A stretch of DNA of 63,995 nt, counting the filler, from Diploschistes diacapsis (Eukaryota), in assembly GCA_023645945.1 (NCBI GenBank). It is 4 parts of 4 records of this genome, joined end to end, with 100 filler letters (N's around TTAATTAATTAA, not from the genome) between each part and the next. Parts side by side here need not be neighbours in the genome. Positions count along the whole stretch, not along the records: positions 16,841 to 33,560 come from JALAIB010000489.1; positions 33,661 to 50,377 come from JALAIB010000490.1; 2 more parts are not named here. One strand, written 5' to 3'. This document shows positions 25,256 through 38,479 of the stretch, in pieces. The translations under genes were made by a program, and so were the position numbers. The notes under the pieces were generated by a model. The model was not told where the DNA came from, did not search any database, and saw only the letters and a list, made by a program, of their open reading frames with translations. Numbering within the stretch: the first letter of the stretch is position 1; each line of letters begins with the position of its first letter.

Positions 25256-26314
25256 TCATTTCTTTGCCTTGGCGTCAGTGAAGACTCTATGTCGGGATTA
25301 GCAAGATACACAACACAGCCTAAATAGTCACTAGACTAACAGATGGTTCTCGTAGAAGCGCAGCATCTGTTCGCGTTAGATTGCCAACTATTAGGAGCTT
25401 AAGCTGGAGCACTTACTGCTTGAGGAGCGGCAATGTATACCGACTGCAGATTCGCTTTGGTGGTGCGCTTCCTGCCATTCTCATCTTCGATAGCCCAGAG
25501 TAAGAAAGCCCACCTAGTGCCATTCTCTTCAACTTCAATGGTCTCGATCGAAGAGATCAGGTCCTCCCACGCGTCCTTTGTTGGCTTTGGAGGGGTCCAA
25601 CTCTCCGCGTTCACGGTTGGCCACACTAGATCTTCGCCAGAGTTTCTCTTTGGTGGTCTACCTCTGCGGCCTTCGAACCCAGTCTTTGCCTTCTTGGAGG
25701 TTGGCTCTGGGGTTTCCGCTACGGAAGCGTTCGATTTACGACCGCGCTTTTTGGCGCTGTTGGCTTTTGAAGCTGTTGGTCGTCCACCAATCTTCTCAAA
25801 ATACGCATCCAGGATATCCTTCGCGCCCCTGTTGAGAATGTTAGAGAAGCTCTGTAGCCATACCAACTTTCAAAAACGCGTTTAAGACAGTAGCGAGGAA
25901 GAGAGGCTAACACTAGATTCTCCTCGGGTTCCCAAGTGTTTTCGTCACTCGGATAGCCTTGCCATTTGACTTGATATAAGACGGTGCCCTTTAGCCGCTG
26001 TCAGCTGAAGCGCCAGACGTTACTATGGATTTGGTTACCTTGTCCACAACATGTTCCAGAATCTTCTCAACGACATAACTGTCCATTCTTAGTGAAAGCA
26101 CTTCGAGAACTGTCTCGCGCGCATACGTGACCTCGTCGTCATCCTCTTGATCGCCTTCCTCGCCATTTTCCTCATTTACAGCCGCGTCCTGCTCCTCGGG
26201 TCTTCCCATTATGACTTCATCACCAGCGTCGCTCTCGGTTTCACTGGCGCTGAGTGCAGCTGCGCATTAAAGTTAGTATACGCGACGAAGTATAGCTCGA
26301 TACTCACGAGGCAT
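25256..26314 (-). CDS. HP1: Heterochromatin protein 1 (HP1/Swi6/HepA; chromo + chromo-shadow)
   Basis: Multi-exon gene from ATG 26314: acidic patch, chromodomain YVVEKILEH..YQVKWQGYPSDENTWEPEENL with the aromatic cage intact, basic hinge, chromo-shadow WEDLISSIETIE..APQ/MLRFYENHL/VF. Confidence 0.92.
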
Positions 26315-26793
26315 CTTTGTGATTGTATTATTGCGAGGTATCTCTAAAGTCGCGTTCAATGCGCGATCAACAGAAGATTGATCGCGTACAAAGTGATGTG
26401 AAGGGTGAATAGCTAGATGAAGCCAATTGCACGCGATTTAAGATTTGAAGGCTCACAATGGTGTTGATAGTACTGACGACTGAGTTTTGCACCGAAAGGA
26501 ATGGCTGGATGAAATACCTAGACTGGGGAAGCTTTAATCCCGTTACGGCGTTCCCGGCTGGCGGAGCAGCGCGGCGCGGGACCAGCCTCGCTTAACTCTC
26601 CCAAAAGAAAATGCCCCATCATGCTGCGGAAAAGCTCCAACTCTGATACCCTTCTTGACTTGTTGACCCATTCAAAAGCCTACTTTGGTTCCATCTGTGT
26701 GCGAGCTTGGTGCAAACAAATTGCATATTGCTGCTCCTAGAACTTTAAGTTATCTCTCAGGGCACGGAAGCCTTGAGGAGCTTATTCGCAACC

Positions 26794-28925
26794 ATGGCAA
26801 TGCGTAAGTTAGGCCTACCCATGCTTGGGAGACTATGTACGCCTGGTAGATAGGATCTGACGCGTCTGTGAACAGAAATTGACATGTCAAATGGTATGGC
26901 TCTGCTATGCAAGCTTCATCTGGCTCTTGGAAGGCTGACGGGCCTGACACAGCCCAGGTTATGAAAGATGAGCAGGGCCGGCCATTCATCGTGGTAAAAG
27001 AGTGAGCAGAGAACCCTCATAAAGGAGATCAAAGGAGCTGACGCCTACGGAAAGCCAGGGCAAGAAAAAAAGGCAGCACGGGAACGATGCAGTCAAGTCA
27101 CATATTGTTGCAGCTAAAACAGTGGCCAATATTGTCAGAACATCTTTGGTAGGGCAAGCTCGAAGGTTGCTAGAGATGTCGCTGACTCGCAGAAAAAGGG
27201 TCCGCGAGGTCTGGATAAGATCTTGATCTCCCCAGACGGGGATATCACCGTGACGAACGATGGCGCTACAATTCTCTCTCAGGTGAGCTCTGGAGCCGCA
27301 CAGCGAGAGGACGCTACTTAAAACACTGGACTAGATGGAGATCACGAACCACGTCGCGAAGCTATTAGTCGAACTATCAAAATCTCAAGATGAGGAGATT
27401 GGCGACGGCACTACAGGCGTTGTTGTCCTCGCCGGAGCCCTGCTAGAGAAAGCGGCAGACTTGATTGATAAGGGAATACATCCAATAAGGATAGCTGATG
27501 GGTACGAGCAAGCCTGTGAGGTTGCTGTTGCCGAATTGGACGAGATCAGCGATACTATAGAGTTTTCAAAGGACCGGACGGAAAACCTGTTCAAGGTAGC
27601 CAAGACAAGTTTAGGCAGCAAAATGTCTGGAGCCCCCTGCCTTTCTTTCCCATAACAAGCTAACCCTACACAGCGTCTCAAAAGCTCACGACCAGTTTGC
27701 ACAGATAGCAGTAGACGCCGTTCTATCAGTAGCCGATCTCGAACGCCAGGACGTGGATTTCGAGCTAATTAAAGTCGATGGTAAAGCCGGTGGTTCGATA
27801 GAGGATTCCCTGTTGGTAAAGGGTGTTATTGTTGATAAGGATTTTTCACATCCACAGATGCCTGATGAGGTGCGAGATGCGAAGATTGCTATCCTTACCT
27901 GTGCCTTTGAGCCTCCCAGACCGAAAACGAAGCACAAGTTAGATATCACTACAGTCGAAGAGTTCAAGAAGCTACAAAGCTACGAAAGGTCGAAGTTCAC
28001 CGAGATGATAGATCAGATCAAAGCCACAGGGGCCAATGTCGTGATATGTCAATGGGGTTTCGACGATGAAGCGAATCATCTATTACTCCAGAACAAACTG
28101 CCTGCTGTACGATGGGTCGGTGGTCCAGAAATTGAGCTGATAGCTATTGCAACAAATGGTCGCATTGTTCCCCGGTTCGAAGAATTAAGCGCGGCAAAGC
28201 TTGGCAAGGCTGGTGTGGTGAGGGAGATGAGCTTCGGCACGACAAGGGAGAAGATGCTGGTTATTGAAGATTGTGCCAACACAAGAGCTGTTACTGTGTT
28301 TGTACGGGGTAGCAACAAAATGGTAAGCCGGACTAGATGCATTTTTCCGGGATAATACTGACTAAGCTTAGATCATCGACGAAGCAAAACGATCACTCCA
28401 CGATGCTCTCTGCGTCGTCCGAAATCTTGTACGTGATAAGAGAGTCGTTTACGGCGGTGGCGCTGCGGAAATTGCATGTTCCCTTGCTGTGGAAGAAGCC
28501 GCGAACAAGGTAAGGGTGTTGTTGAGCGCAAGAAAAAGCATGCTCACAACTTTGCGCAGTCGCCCGGCCTGGAACAGTATGCTATGCGTGCGTTCTCGGA
28601 AGCCCTCGACTCAGTTCCAATGGCGCTTGCAGAGAATTCTGGGTTAAGTCCTATCGAGACCCTCGCGAGCATCAAGTCGCGGCAAGTGACCGAAGGCAAT
28701 TCCCGCCTTGGCGTGGACTGTATGCAGACAGGTAGCAATGGTAAGAATATCTGCGGCTCCCCTTTTGACTCCCATTTCTGACCTGAAACAGATATGAAGG
28801 AGCACTTCATAATCGATCCTTTGATTGGCAAGCGGCAACAGCTCCTCTTGGCTACGCAGTTATGTCGAATGGTGCTGAAAGTGAATAATGTAATTATCGC
28901 AGGCAACGACGAGAACGACTTCTAG
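26794..28925 (+). CDS. CCT5: T-complex protein 1 subunit epsilon
   Basis: [63 protein letters not shown]; multiple introns. Confidence 0.96.
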
Positions 28926-30009
28926 ACATGAATGACTTTGACTGCAGTTTGTCCGGCTTGAATAAGTCGGTTCTCTGTCTGGAGTGATAATAGATCAATA
29001 TGATTATGCAGAATAGACCAAGATACCCAAACGCCTCTACCTCCAGCTACTCAAGCATCAAGAATCCATCAATGCGCCCACCTCTTTAAAACCTTTGCAG
29101 TGCCCTTATCTGGTCCTGAGGGTCCAGAAATTAAGGAAACTCCACCATACCGTCCACTGCTATCGGGCAGTACCGACAGACTGTGTAGGCAACTGGATGC
29201 CGGATGCCAGATGCCAGCCGTGTAAGATTGTCATCCATGTATCTGCTGCAGGTTGAGTATGAGTGCATCAGTGGCTGAACTTAGTGTAGCGTGGAAGCTC
29301 TGTGCTTCAGACATATGAGGAAGAGATGGATCTAACAGGAATAAACAACTTGCACGCCCGATTTCAACTGACCCGCCGAGTCTTGGCACTCAAATCCATA
29401 TAAGCCTCCACGAATTTCTTAGACTCTTCTTAACTTCATCTGAGTTTGAGCGGGACACATATGCTTTTTCGTGCTTCACACACCGCACAATGGCTTGGGA
29501 TGTATACCATGCCATTGGTGGATGCTTTCCGCCATCCTCCAGAATGCCTGCAAAGGTCCAAGGTGCTTTGGCACTCGTGGATTGAATATGGATTGATATT
29601 TAGGTCACAAAAGTGCACTTTTCTCCCAGAAGGGTCAGATTCAATCTCTCTTCTAGCTGATTCAATCACTAACTCTCTTATAACTACTCTCGCTTCTTTC
29701 CATATCTAATACGTTAATCCATTCTGCTTTGCTGCTATCGACTTCTCTTTTTCCTTTTTTGCTTTTGTCCATTCGAAGCATTTGCTTCTTTCACAGCGCA
29801 TAAAAAAAGCACTAGCTAGCTTCCTCCTCTACTTCAGCATAGTGAAGTCACTATTCCAAGGGATCTCGGTGTTTCGGCTCTTGTTGGTGTCGACAGAGCC
29901 GCTTTCGCAACTCAACAGAAAGCCCAAGCTCAATACAGCTCTTGCCTTTGGGCGTGCTATCCACAGCATATATTGGAAATTCAAACTAATCGCAAGCTAA
30001 GAGAACAAC

Positions 30010-32907
30010 ATGGCAAGGAACAAAAGGGCGTCTTCCCCAGGCGCTTTGGCAGCAACTCCGTCCAAGGTTCGGGTTCTGGAGCGAAAGTTTGTTCCTCAAC
30101 CAGATCTGCATACACCGACAAAATCTTCTCCAGTCACCCTGCCTGACCGCACGCCAACCCCAACCGCTACGCCATATGATCAACCGTCACCGGAGCCTAT
30201 TAACAATTCGCTCCATGCATCGAAAGAACGACAGACTAGAGACGATACGACCCTCCGCTCTTCTGAGAATGGAGACTCACTGTCACGAAACGGCAGGTTG
30301 ACCAACGAAACAGGGAATGGCGCCCAATGCTCCTCGCAGATTTCGACCAGCAATGGCTCTGGCGTGGGAGTACTGGGCCGGGAAGTCAAAAAGCTGATCA
30401 CGGCTACCAAAAAGCTGAGAGACTTAGGTATTGAAAGATTCGACCTTGCTCTCCCAAAAATATGCGTGGTCGGCGATCAGTCAACAGGCAAATCGTCTCT
30501 TATCGAGGGGATATCCGAGATCAAGGTACCACGAGGCGAGGATACTTGCACGCGGTGTCCTCTCGAGCTTATCCTGCAAGAATCTACGTCTCCCTGGGAA
30601 TGCAGAATATCACTAGTCAAGAAGTACACATACGAGACTTCGGGCATGGAATATGATGCACCCCACCTTGGGCCTTGGTGGGATTTGTCAAGACCCGAAA
30701 CTACCCCATTTGTCACAGTATATCAGAAGGATCAGCTGCCGGCTTGGCTTCGCGCTGCACAACTGTCAATATTGAACCCACAGGAAGATCCCGAAAGCTT
30801 CAAATCAGGGCGTGACTCAGATGACTGCCAGGTACCCTTTTCCCCCAATCTCATTCGACTTGAAATCAGCGGGCCTACAACACCAAATCTGAGCTTTTTT
30901 GACCTCCCGGGTGTCATAGTGCAGGACAAAATGCATTATGTGCCTCAACTTGTGCAAGCATTGGTGAAAGAGTATCTTTCGGCCGACAACTGTCTTATCC
31001 TCTATACGCTGTCCATGAACAACGATGTCGCCAACTCAAACACAGGTGCGATCATTCGCGAGATGGCAGCTCAAGATCGCACTTTGGGGGTGGTTACAAA
31101 ACCTGACACTCTTGTTCGCTCTAATATCACCCAATGGAACAGGATTTTGGACAACCAAGCCTATGCAATGGGTATGGGTTATTTCGTCGTTAAGAATGAG
31201 CCGGATCCAGCTGTGGATCACGAAATAGCTAGACAAAGTGAGACGGCTTTTTTCGAAACCAATTCAATTTTCGTCAACGAGCTTTATGCTTTCCGAGATC
31301 GTTTTGGAACTACAAAACTCCAAGACTTCCTCTCACGCAAACTCACACTCCAGATCAGGAATCACCTACCCGTGATTCAATCGAAGATAGATGAGCGCGT
31401 AAGTTTAGTAGACCGACGTCTTGCGGAACTGCCCAAACCTCCTCCTGAGAATATGGTCTTCATGACCCAGAACAAGATTATGGAGTTGGGCCGACTCTTG
31501 TTTTACCATATGGAAAGCAGCACCTCTAGAGAGGATTTCTTTAACGTTTGGCGTGAGAAAGCTGAAGAGTTCCGAAACACTCTGGTCAACAGTTACCCGG
31601 ACGTTCGCTTCGAAACCACTTTCTCAAGGCCAGCTGCAGCTGCATTGGTATCGACTCCGAAAAAGATGAGCGACAAGCCTCCGCTAGGACCACAATCTAG
31701 GAACCGGGGTGAGACCATCGCTATTGATTCTAGCGATGAGGAATCTACACCAAACAAGCAGGCTCCGACTCCAGTCATAGTCAGTCCCCAAAAGCCTTTG
31801 ATGGACTCTGCCCGTAAGCCCATGAGACAAAAAGAGGTCCCGCGCAAGACTAGAGGTGAGTGCAGTGGAATAACCTTTATTAACTAATTAAAGCTTCGGT
31901 AGAGCTGGCAAAGATTTTCACACTCGAGGACGTCAAGTCGCGCATTAGCGCAGCAACCAGAGGCTTTCCTGGCTCTTTCGATCCCCGGGTACTCGAGCGT
32001 ATGTATCAAGAGAGCACGACACATTGGCAGGAAACTCTGACAGAATTCCTGGATTTTACAAGAACGGTTTGCCAGAACCTTGCTGAAAAGGCACACCACG
32101 AAGTTTTCCGCCAGTTTAAAGATACTGTTTTATCTGGTGACATTTGGCAAATCATCACCAAAATTGTCAAAGATACCCTCGAACGCCATCGAGCCACCAT
32201 TAATGAGCTCTTGAAGCTGGAACTCGGCCGCCCTCTTACAATAAATGACGATGACTTCGTCGAGCGTAGAAGTGCTCTTGAGGAGGAAATAGTCGAGAAA
32301 AGGTGCAAAAATCTGATGATCATACAGCTCAAAGAAATCCAGGCTGTGAAGAAGCTCACGGTCGAGGATAGGAAGGCTGTTGAATCAAACGTCAGGAACG
32401 CTCATAACCCATCGAAGTCTGAGATCTCTGCCCTAGCTGTAAGTTCTGCATTGCGTTTGATATATTAATTTCTGACATATGTGTTCAGACATTACAAGCG
32501 TACTATGAGTGCGTTGCAAAGCGATTTGCAGATTACGTTCATACGCTCGTAGTGAAAAGCCTCTTCGAGGAAATGCGTACTGAACTCCCAGCATCCATAG
32601 CCGAGGCGCTCAAACTACAGGAGCGAGACGGTAAGTACTTCCATAACCAAAGCTCATGTCTCTTAGCTATGACTAACTTGACATAATAGCAAACGAAAGC
32701 CTTCGAAAAAAGGCCGAGATCACCCCCGATATTGCTAGAAGACGGAGGCAGTACGAAGCGGATCTTTCTGCCCTCGAGCAGGCCAGAGCGCATCTCGAAG
32801 AGCTGCTCACGAACGGTACCACTGTCGAGGAACTGCAGGAGGAGGAGAAGAACACACATGGCGACGCAAATGCTGATATAGTGGGGGTTCCGGATGGCAG
32901 TATTTGA
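30010..32907 (+). CDS. Mx-like dynamin-superfamily GTPase
   Basis: G1 GDQSTGKSS, G2 TRCP, G3 DLPG, G4 TKPD, a middle domain, and a GED-like AYYECVAKRFADYV region. Three introns (~31856, ~32439, ~32631); stop TGA ends at 32907. Confidence 0.9.
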
Positions 32908-33560
32908 AGCACCATCGATCTTCACTTGCCATTGAGCATCTAAAGCCCATGGGCCTGAATCGAGCAACGAAAGGGCATTTTACAAGGCCACCCTCCGCTT
33001 GTTGGTGCTCTCAGCCAATATCTTAGCGCGCATAGTTTAGTAACGCGTCTATCCGGCGCGAGAGATCTAATGCGAGGCTCTATCAAACACACAGGAAATG
33101 ACGGGAGACTATAACTATAGTTCAATGATCATACATGCCTTGGCTGCTAACACTGCACTTCTCTCTCTTGCTCATCAGCCGCGCCCACTGCCCAGCCCAT
33201 CGCTCTCTCCACCAACCTGCTGACTCCACCGCCTCAGACGGAGAGGTAGAATCCAATAAGCTCTTGTTCGAAAGAAAAAATACCTTAGCAGAGCCCCATT
33301 GCGCCAGCCAGCCGCGTAAGCACGGGGACTTGGTCGAATTGAGCCTGTCCCTCTGTATCTATCCATCTATCTCTCTTGGACTTTGGAGATTGGTTCACAT
33401 ACAGACGAGATGTGAGTGCAAGACGCAAAGCATAGCGTCGCCTGTTCATCTATCTAACGGTTCTATCCCAGTCCCTATCCCAAACACCGAAATACTCACC
33501 CCCAAGGCCAGCCAAAACCCAAACAACACCCGCCCCCCCAAAGACGCCGCCAAAATACTG

Positions 33561-33660
33561 NNNNNNNNNNNNNNNNNNNNNNNNNNNNNNNNNNNNNNNN
33601 NNNNTTAATTAATTAANNNNNNNNNNNNNNNNNNNNNNNNNNNNNNNNNNNNNNNNNNNN
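33561..33660. other. Assembly gap with TTAATTAATTAA linker
   Basis: N run with artificial linker. Confidence 0.98.
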
Positions 33661-34306
33661 CTCCCTCACCGCCGCCCCCCGCCGCTACCCCCAGTCCTCG
33701 CAGCTGTCTCGCGGACGACGTTCCCATTATCCTAATGCGTGGCTTATACGGACATGCCGCAAGCCACCGCATCCCGAGTCATTTTTCTCCTCTTACCAGC
33801 GACGACGGGCATCTCCGTCGTCTACTACTTATGCCGGGCGTCGGCACCAGAAGTACTCTGTCGGGCCACTTTTCTCTTTGCGCGACCAGACGTTATGAAG
33901 AGAGAAAAGGCAAGGGTATCGGCGATCGCGTCAGGAGGAACAAGCGTCGAAAAAAACAGGCGACGGGGCAGACGAGAACGAAGGGATTACGGCGGCGATA
34001 AAGGCAAGGAGGCGCGAAAGACGCGAAAAGTGGCGATCTGCCATTAAACCAATCTACAAACTTTAATATGTTTAACAGAAATCAATGAACGCGAATCAAG
34101 CGTTTATAAATGCGATCGCATTATCGAAAAAATGGTTGAAAAGAAAGAAGAAAAGGGATGCTAGGACAGTCAATAAATAAACAAACGTGACTGAGGAAAT
34201 GAGATACTTACAAATATATAATGATCTCATACAAAATGGGAGTACCTACTTTCTTTGGTACGCTAGTATAAGAATCAAAAAGATTTCGGTCAGAATAACT
34301 GCTCTG
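33661..34306. mobile_element. Right-hand end of a hAT-like element (same TIR family as 12568-12881)
   Basis: Ends in ATTTCGGTCAGAATAACTGCTCTG (34283-34306), the reverse complement of the MITE left TIR with 1 mismatch. The left end is not visible and probably lies in or before the gap. Confidence 0.6.
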
Positions 34307-35070
34307 CATCATAGCACTGTGCAGCTTAAATGTACCGACCTGCGAGTGAAGATGCTTTCATCCTGCGGTTACTGTGTTGTTATGAGTTTATGTGAGCATC
34401 GCTATCGCACAAATGTGCACCCATGTCTTTGCAGTTGAAGCTTTCAGTTGTGACAGCCATATTCCCTCCAACTACTGAGAAACGGTTGACCAGTGGACCC
34501 CCAGATCCAGTTTGGAAAAAAAGGCCCCGCTACTGATACACTGGGGGCACAAATTACAGCTTAGGATCCCAGATCCAATTCAGATCCGGATCTGTCATAA
34601 CGCTGCGGTTGACGAAGGAACTTCACGACTATTGGCACTGTGGCCCCTTTGCCGGGCTGGAACTGATGGACGCTGAAATAAACGTGCAGCTGGGTGTCTT
34701 ACAGGAGCAGCAGATCGAGCAGAACTTCCCACCAACCAAGGTCACTACTGTTACAAAGAGAAGAGACGAAGACTTCAGTCCTACTGCCAAAGGTGCCCAC
34801 GCCTATGGCACGTCCAAGAAAATGGTGGGCGCTTGCAGCCCAAAGATTTAATTGGATGAAGCTACCCCCCGCCTGCTGCAGCATGTTCAGCCTCGTCGTT
34901 ATGTTCGAATCGTTATGACATTGCGCTCCTTGTATACTGTTTCGCTCTGATATATACGTTCATACTAGAAATAACGCTTGGTTGTTCGTTACCTGGAAAG
35001 CGTTGGAAGTGCAGCTCTTGCTCCTGGTCTTCTTTCGGAGTCGCGCCAGTTGAGTATATAAACTGCGGCC

Positions 35071-38000
35071 ATGGCGGACTCGAGGCTGAGCGGCCCCAAA
35101 GAAGACATTGGGAAGACCTTTAAGCGGAGATTGAGGACAGAATGGAAGCAGAAAGCGACGTGCGGGCGATACTACGTGCTCGTCCACAGACTAAAAGCCT
35201 GGATGAATCAGATAGAGCGAGGCGAGCACTTGACGAATGCAGGGCGACTCCTGAGGGCCGTCTACCACAATCACCCTCGTCAACAGTTCCCACCTTTAGA
35301 TGCCAAGGATATATCAGAACACTTACTTGTCTTCGCCGTACTTTTGCAAAATGATTGGGGTGATTTGATTCCTCATTTCAAACGAGCGAACATTTCGGAC
35401 AACCGACTATCGTCGCCTTCGCTTCCATCACATTATCCAGCATTACGGTACCTTGAACGAGATGGTGTAGCTTACAAGGATAACATGCAAGACGTCTTTG
35501 ATCAAGATCGATGGGAGTTTTGTCCGATGGAGATCAGACGAGACATGGTGAAGGAGAACCTCGATGCGAGTTGGGTAGTCCCTTTCTGTCGCAGAAAAGA
35601 AGTCAATGAAAAAGGCGGTACAGCAGATGTATTCCAAGTGCTTGTTCAAGAAGATTTTATTGCGCCTGACTTGCGAGAAGTAATGGAGCAGTCAAAACTG
35701 TCGGATCCTGAGTTTGGCACGGTCAGTACACATCTAGCAATAGCTCCGCTGGTAATCCTACTACCCGTTTCACGCGTGCTGATGATATACTAGTGCTACC
35801 AGTTAGCTTTAAAATCTTATCATACGGAAGACTTCTATGAAGAGGAAACTGACGCTTTTATGGCAGTCAGGGGTCAAGAAGGAATGGTCCAGTGCATTTG
35901 CTCTTATTCACTCATCCCCTATGCGAAGGATGGCCTCAGCAGAACATTGCAGCAAACCCACAACATACTGTTGGAATTTGGGGAGCTTGATCTGGATGAA
36001 TTTTTCGCTGATTCAGACCCACCCGTGCACCCTCTAGAAATCATTGGCTTTTGGGAGAAGTTTTTTAAGGTTGCCGAAGCACTTCACAAGGTACACTATC
36101 TGGACCGGGAAAACGAGGATGGTTCTATAGTGCGCTTGCGCGGGTATGTACTTTATTTGCAGGTTAATCAACAAGACGAGCTAATCGGCGTAGATGGCAC
36201 TCGGATGTGAAGCCTGATAACATTCTCCAAGTCCATGGTGAATTCAAGCTGGCAGACTTTGGTTTTGCCAAGTTCAAGAGATTTCTGCTTAATGAAACTC
36301 CTATGCACTTTATTGAGGGCGGAACTCAGGCATATGGTAAGCGGAGACAGTCAAGCTGTACAAAGGCTTCCATCTGATCCTCACTGCAGGCTCTCCAGAA
36401 CTGGATAGAGAGCGAAGAGCGCGCGGTACACGCACACCTGTGTCGCAAGCCATCGATATGTGGTCTTTTGGCTGCGTCCTGTCAGTTGCCGTTACTTGGG
36501 TCGTACTAGGGATTCAAGGCATCTGCCAGTACGAAGAGCTGAGGAGACTCGCGATCTCGGAGCTTCGTCAGCGTTGCGACAGTAGCAAGTTGATTTCAAC
36601 TCCTGAGGCAGACGACTGTTTCCATGACGGGGTTCGGGTGCTTCCGGAAGTCTCGAGTTGGTTGACCTACTTGCGTCACGGATTGCGGAACTCAGATTTC
36701 GTTTCTGGACAACTGCTGGACTTGATTTCCGAGGCTCTGCTGCTTGGTGATCCGGCTAAGCGCATACTTTCCCCCGGTCTGTGCGAGCGGCTAGGGAACA
36801 TTCTAATTGTTGCGCGGATCAAGTTCGAACAACAGCTCAGCAGCGGAATCGTCGAGCCAATATCTCCGACTATCGTGCGGATTCTTCAAGACAACCTTCA
36901 AGGGAGCTCTGAGACCGTCAACACTCCTCAGGAACACCGAGTTGCTTCGCATCCCGATCGTGAAACCAGAGCACCAAAACGTATTGGCAAATCGGAACGT
37001 CTTGAACAGATACCGAAACTCAAGACTGGGCACAGGGCTGTTCAGCACCGTCCGGAAAAGCGGTTGCTCGGTGACTCTGCCCCCTTCAATTCTGCAATTT
37101 CTGATAAACCCGTCATTCATGGAAGTCCGGAGGGATTCGGGGAACCTTCTGAAGCTTTCTCTGCTGCGAATGGAGAAGATTCCCTCTTGCCATTCAAACC
37201 AGAGCATGGCGGGTGGACTCCACCGCTTTCGAAACGCTTCCAGCCAGACGTTATTGTCACTTCACATGGTCAGGAGGCTCAGAATATTCTATTATGGCAG
37301 AAGACCCCGCCAGCTGTTTCCGGGCACTTCCAAACCCTCGAAGAGAACGATACAACAACGGAACAGCTAACAAGCATTACGAGAAGGGAAAATACTGCTG
37401 ATTTGCAAGAGCATATCTCCCAAAGTGCGGAAGAGCAGACAGACATGAAAGAATTGGCACATGATGTACCTGCTGGACCACAACCACCAAGCTTCCAGCG
37501 CCCATTAGTAGGAGACCTCGCGAGGCTACAACAAGTGTTTCCTAGAACAGAAATCTTCCAAGTTCGGTGGAATCTCGATATGCAAGCAAAACAAGGTAAT
37601 GTGGTGAAATCAATACTCTGGAGACCCAAGAAGGACAAATTTCTTAAAGGATTCATAAAGGATCGAGACATCGTAAGTCCAGAGTATGGGAGATGGTTCA
37701 TGAAGTCGCTAACAGTTGGGATTGAAGGTACTAGTTTTCGATAACGCGATATCAATGCTGCCGCATTGGGAGGTTGTGACTTACACTGCGGAAACATTGA
37801 CCATGAAAGTTGCCAAATTAGATGACGATGGGCTCGATTATGTCTTTACTATCGGCCAAAATCATGAAATTCAGAAAGCGAGAAGTGGACCATCGATCAA
37901 AAAAGTGATGGTGAATGCAGCTCCAACGCAGAATCTATCAACGAACATGAGCAGCACGCTTAGCAAGATATTCGACTGGTATCTGGACAAACAAATGCAG

Positions 38001-38479
38001 AGAAAACAAACTACGTTACTGATTTTTACTGACGGAGTGTGGGGCGGAAGCACGGAGGACGTTGAAACCAAGATCCAGAGTTTTGCTCAACGGATAAAGA
38101 AGAGAATGCACGAGCGTTGGTTCAGTATTCAGTTCATCTCGTTCGGCGGTGACCAGGAAGGGCTATCCCGTCTCCAGCGATTAGACGATGAAATGCAGGA
38201 GCGTTACAGGATACCGTAAGCAAACTGATATCACTTCAAAAAAAAGTCGCAAGAGCCTAACAGTCCGTTAGCGACATGATTGACACTGAGCCTTGGTCGG
38301 GATCGGTGAACAAGATGATCCTGGGTAGCTTTGAAGAATCCCAGTTTGCGGATGTGCAGGAAGAGCCATCCAGCGGCCCCTCCTCACCTGCTCTCATTGG
38401 GATGGCAGGTCGGCCAGTCAGCCAGACGGGCACCAACATGACGGAAGAAAAGAAGAGGAAGTCCTTGTTTGGGCGTTAA
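35071..38479 (+). CDS. Ser/Thr protein kinase with C-terminal vWA domain
   Basis: Six exons. Kinase motifs EKGGTADVFQV, LALKS, WHSDVKPDNIL, KLADFGFA, GTQAYGSPE, DMWSFGCV; disordered linker; vWA motifs LVFDNAISM, DDDGLD, LLIFTDG, SIQFISFG. Confidence 0.88.

Noticed and set aside
12568..34306. A 21.7-kb macro-transposon bounded by the 12568 and 34306 TIRs
   Set aside because: The flanks (GATATTCC vs CATCATAG) are not a TSD, the left TIR already has a partner at ~12881, and the interval holds core housekeeping genes.
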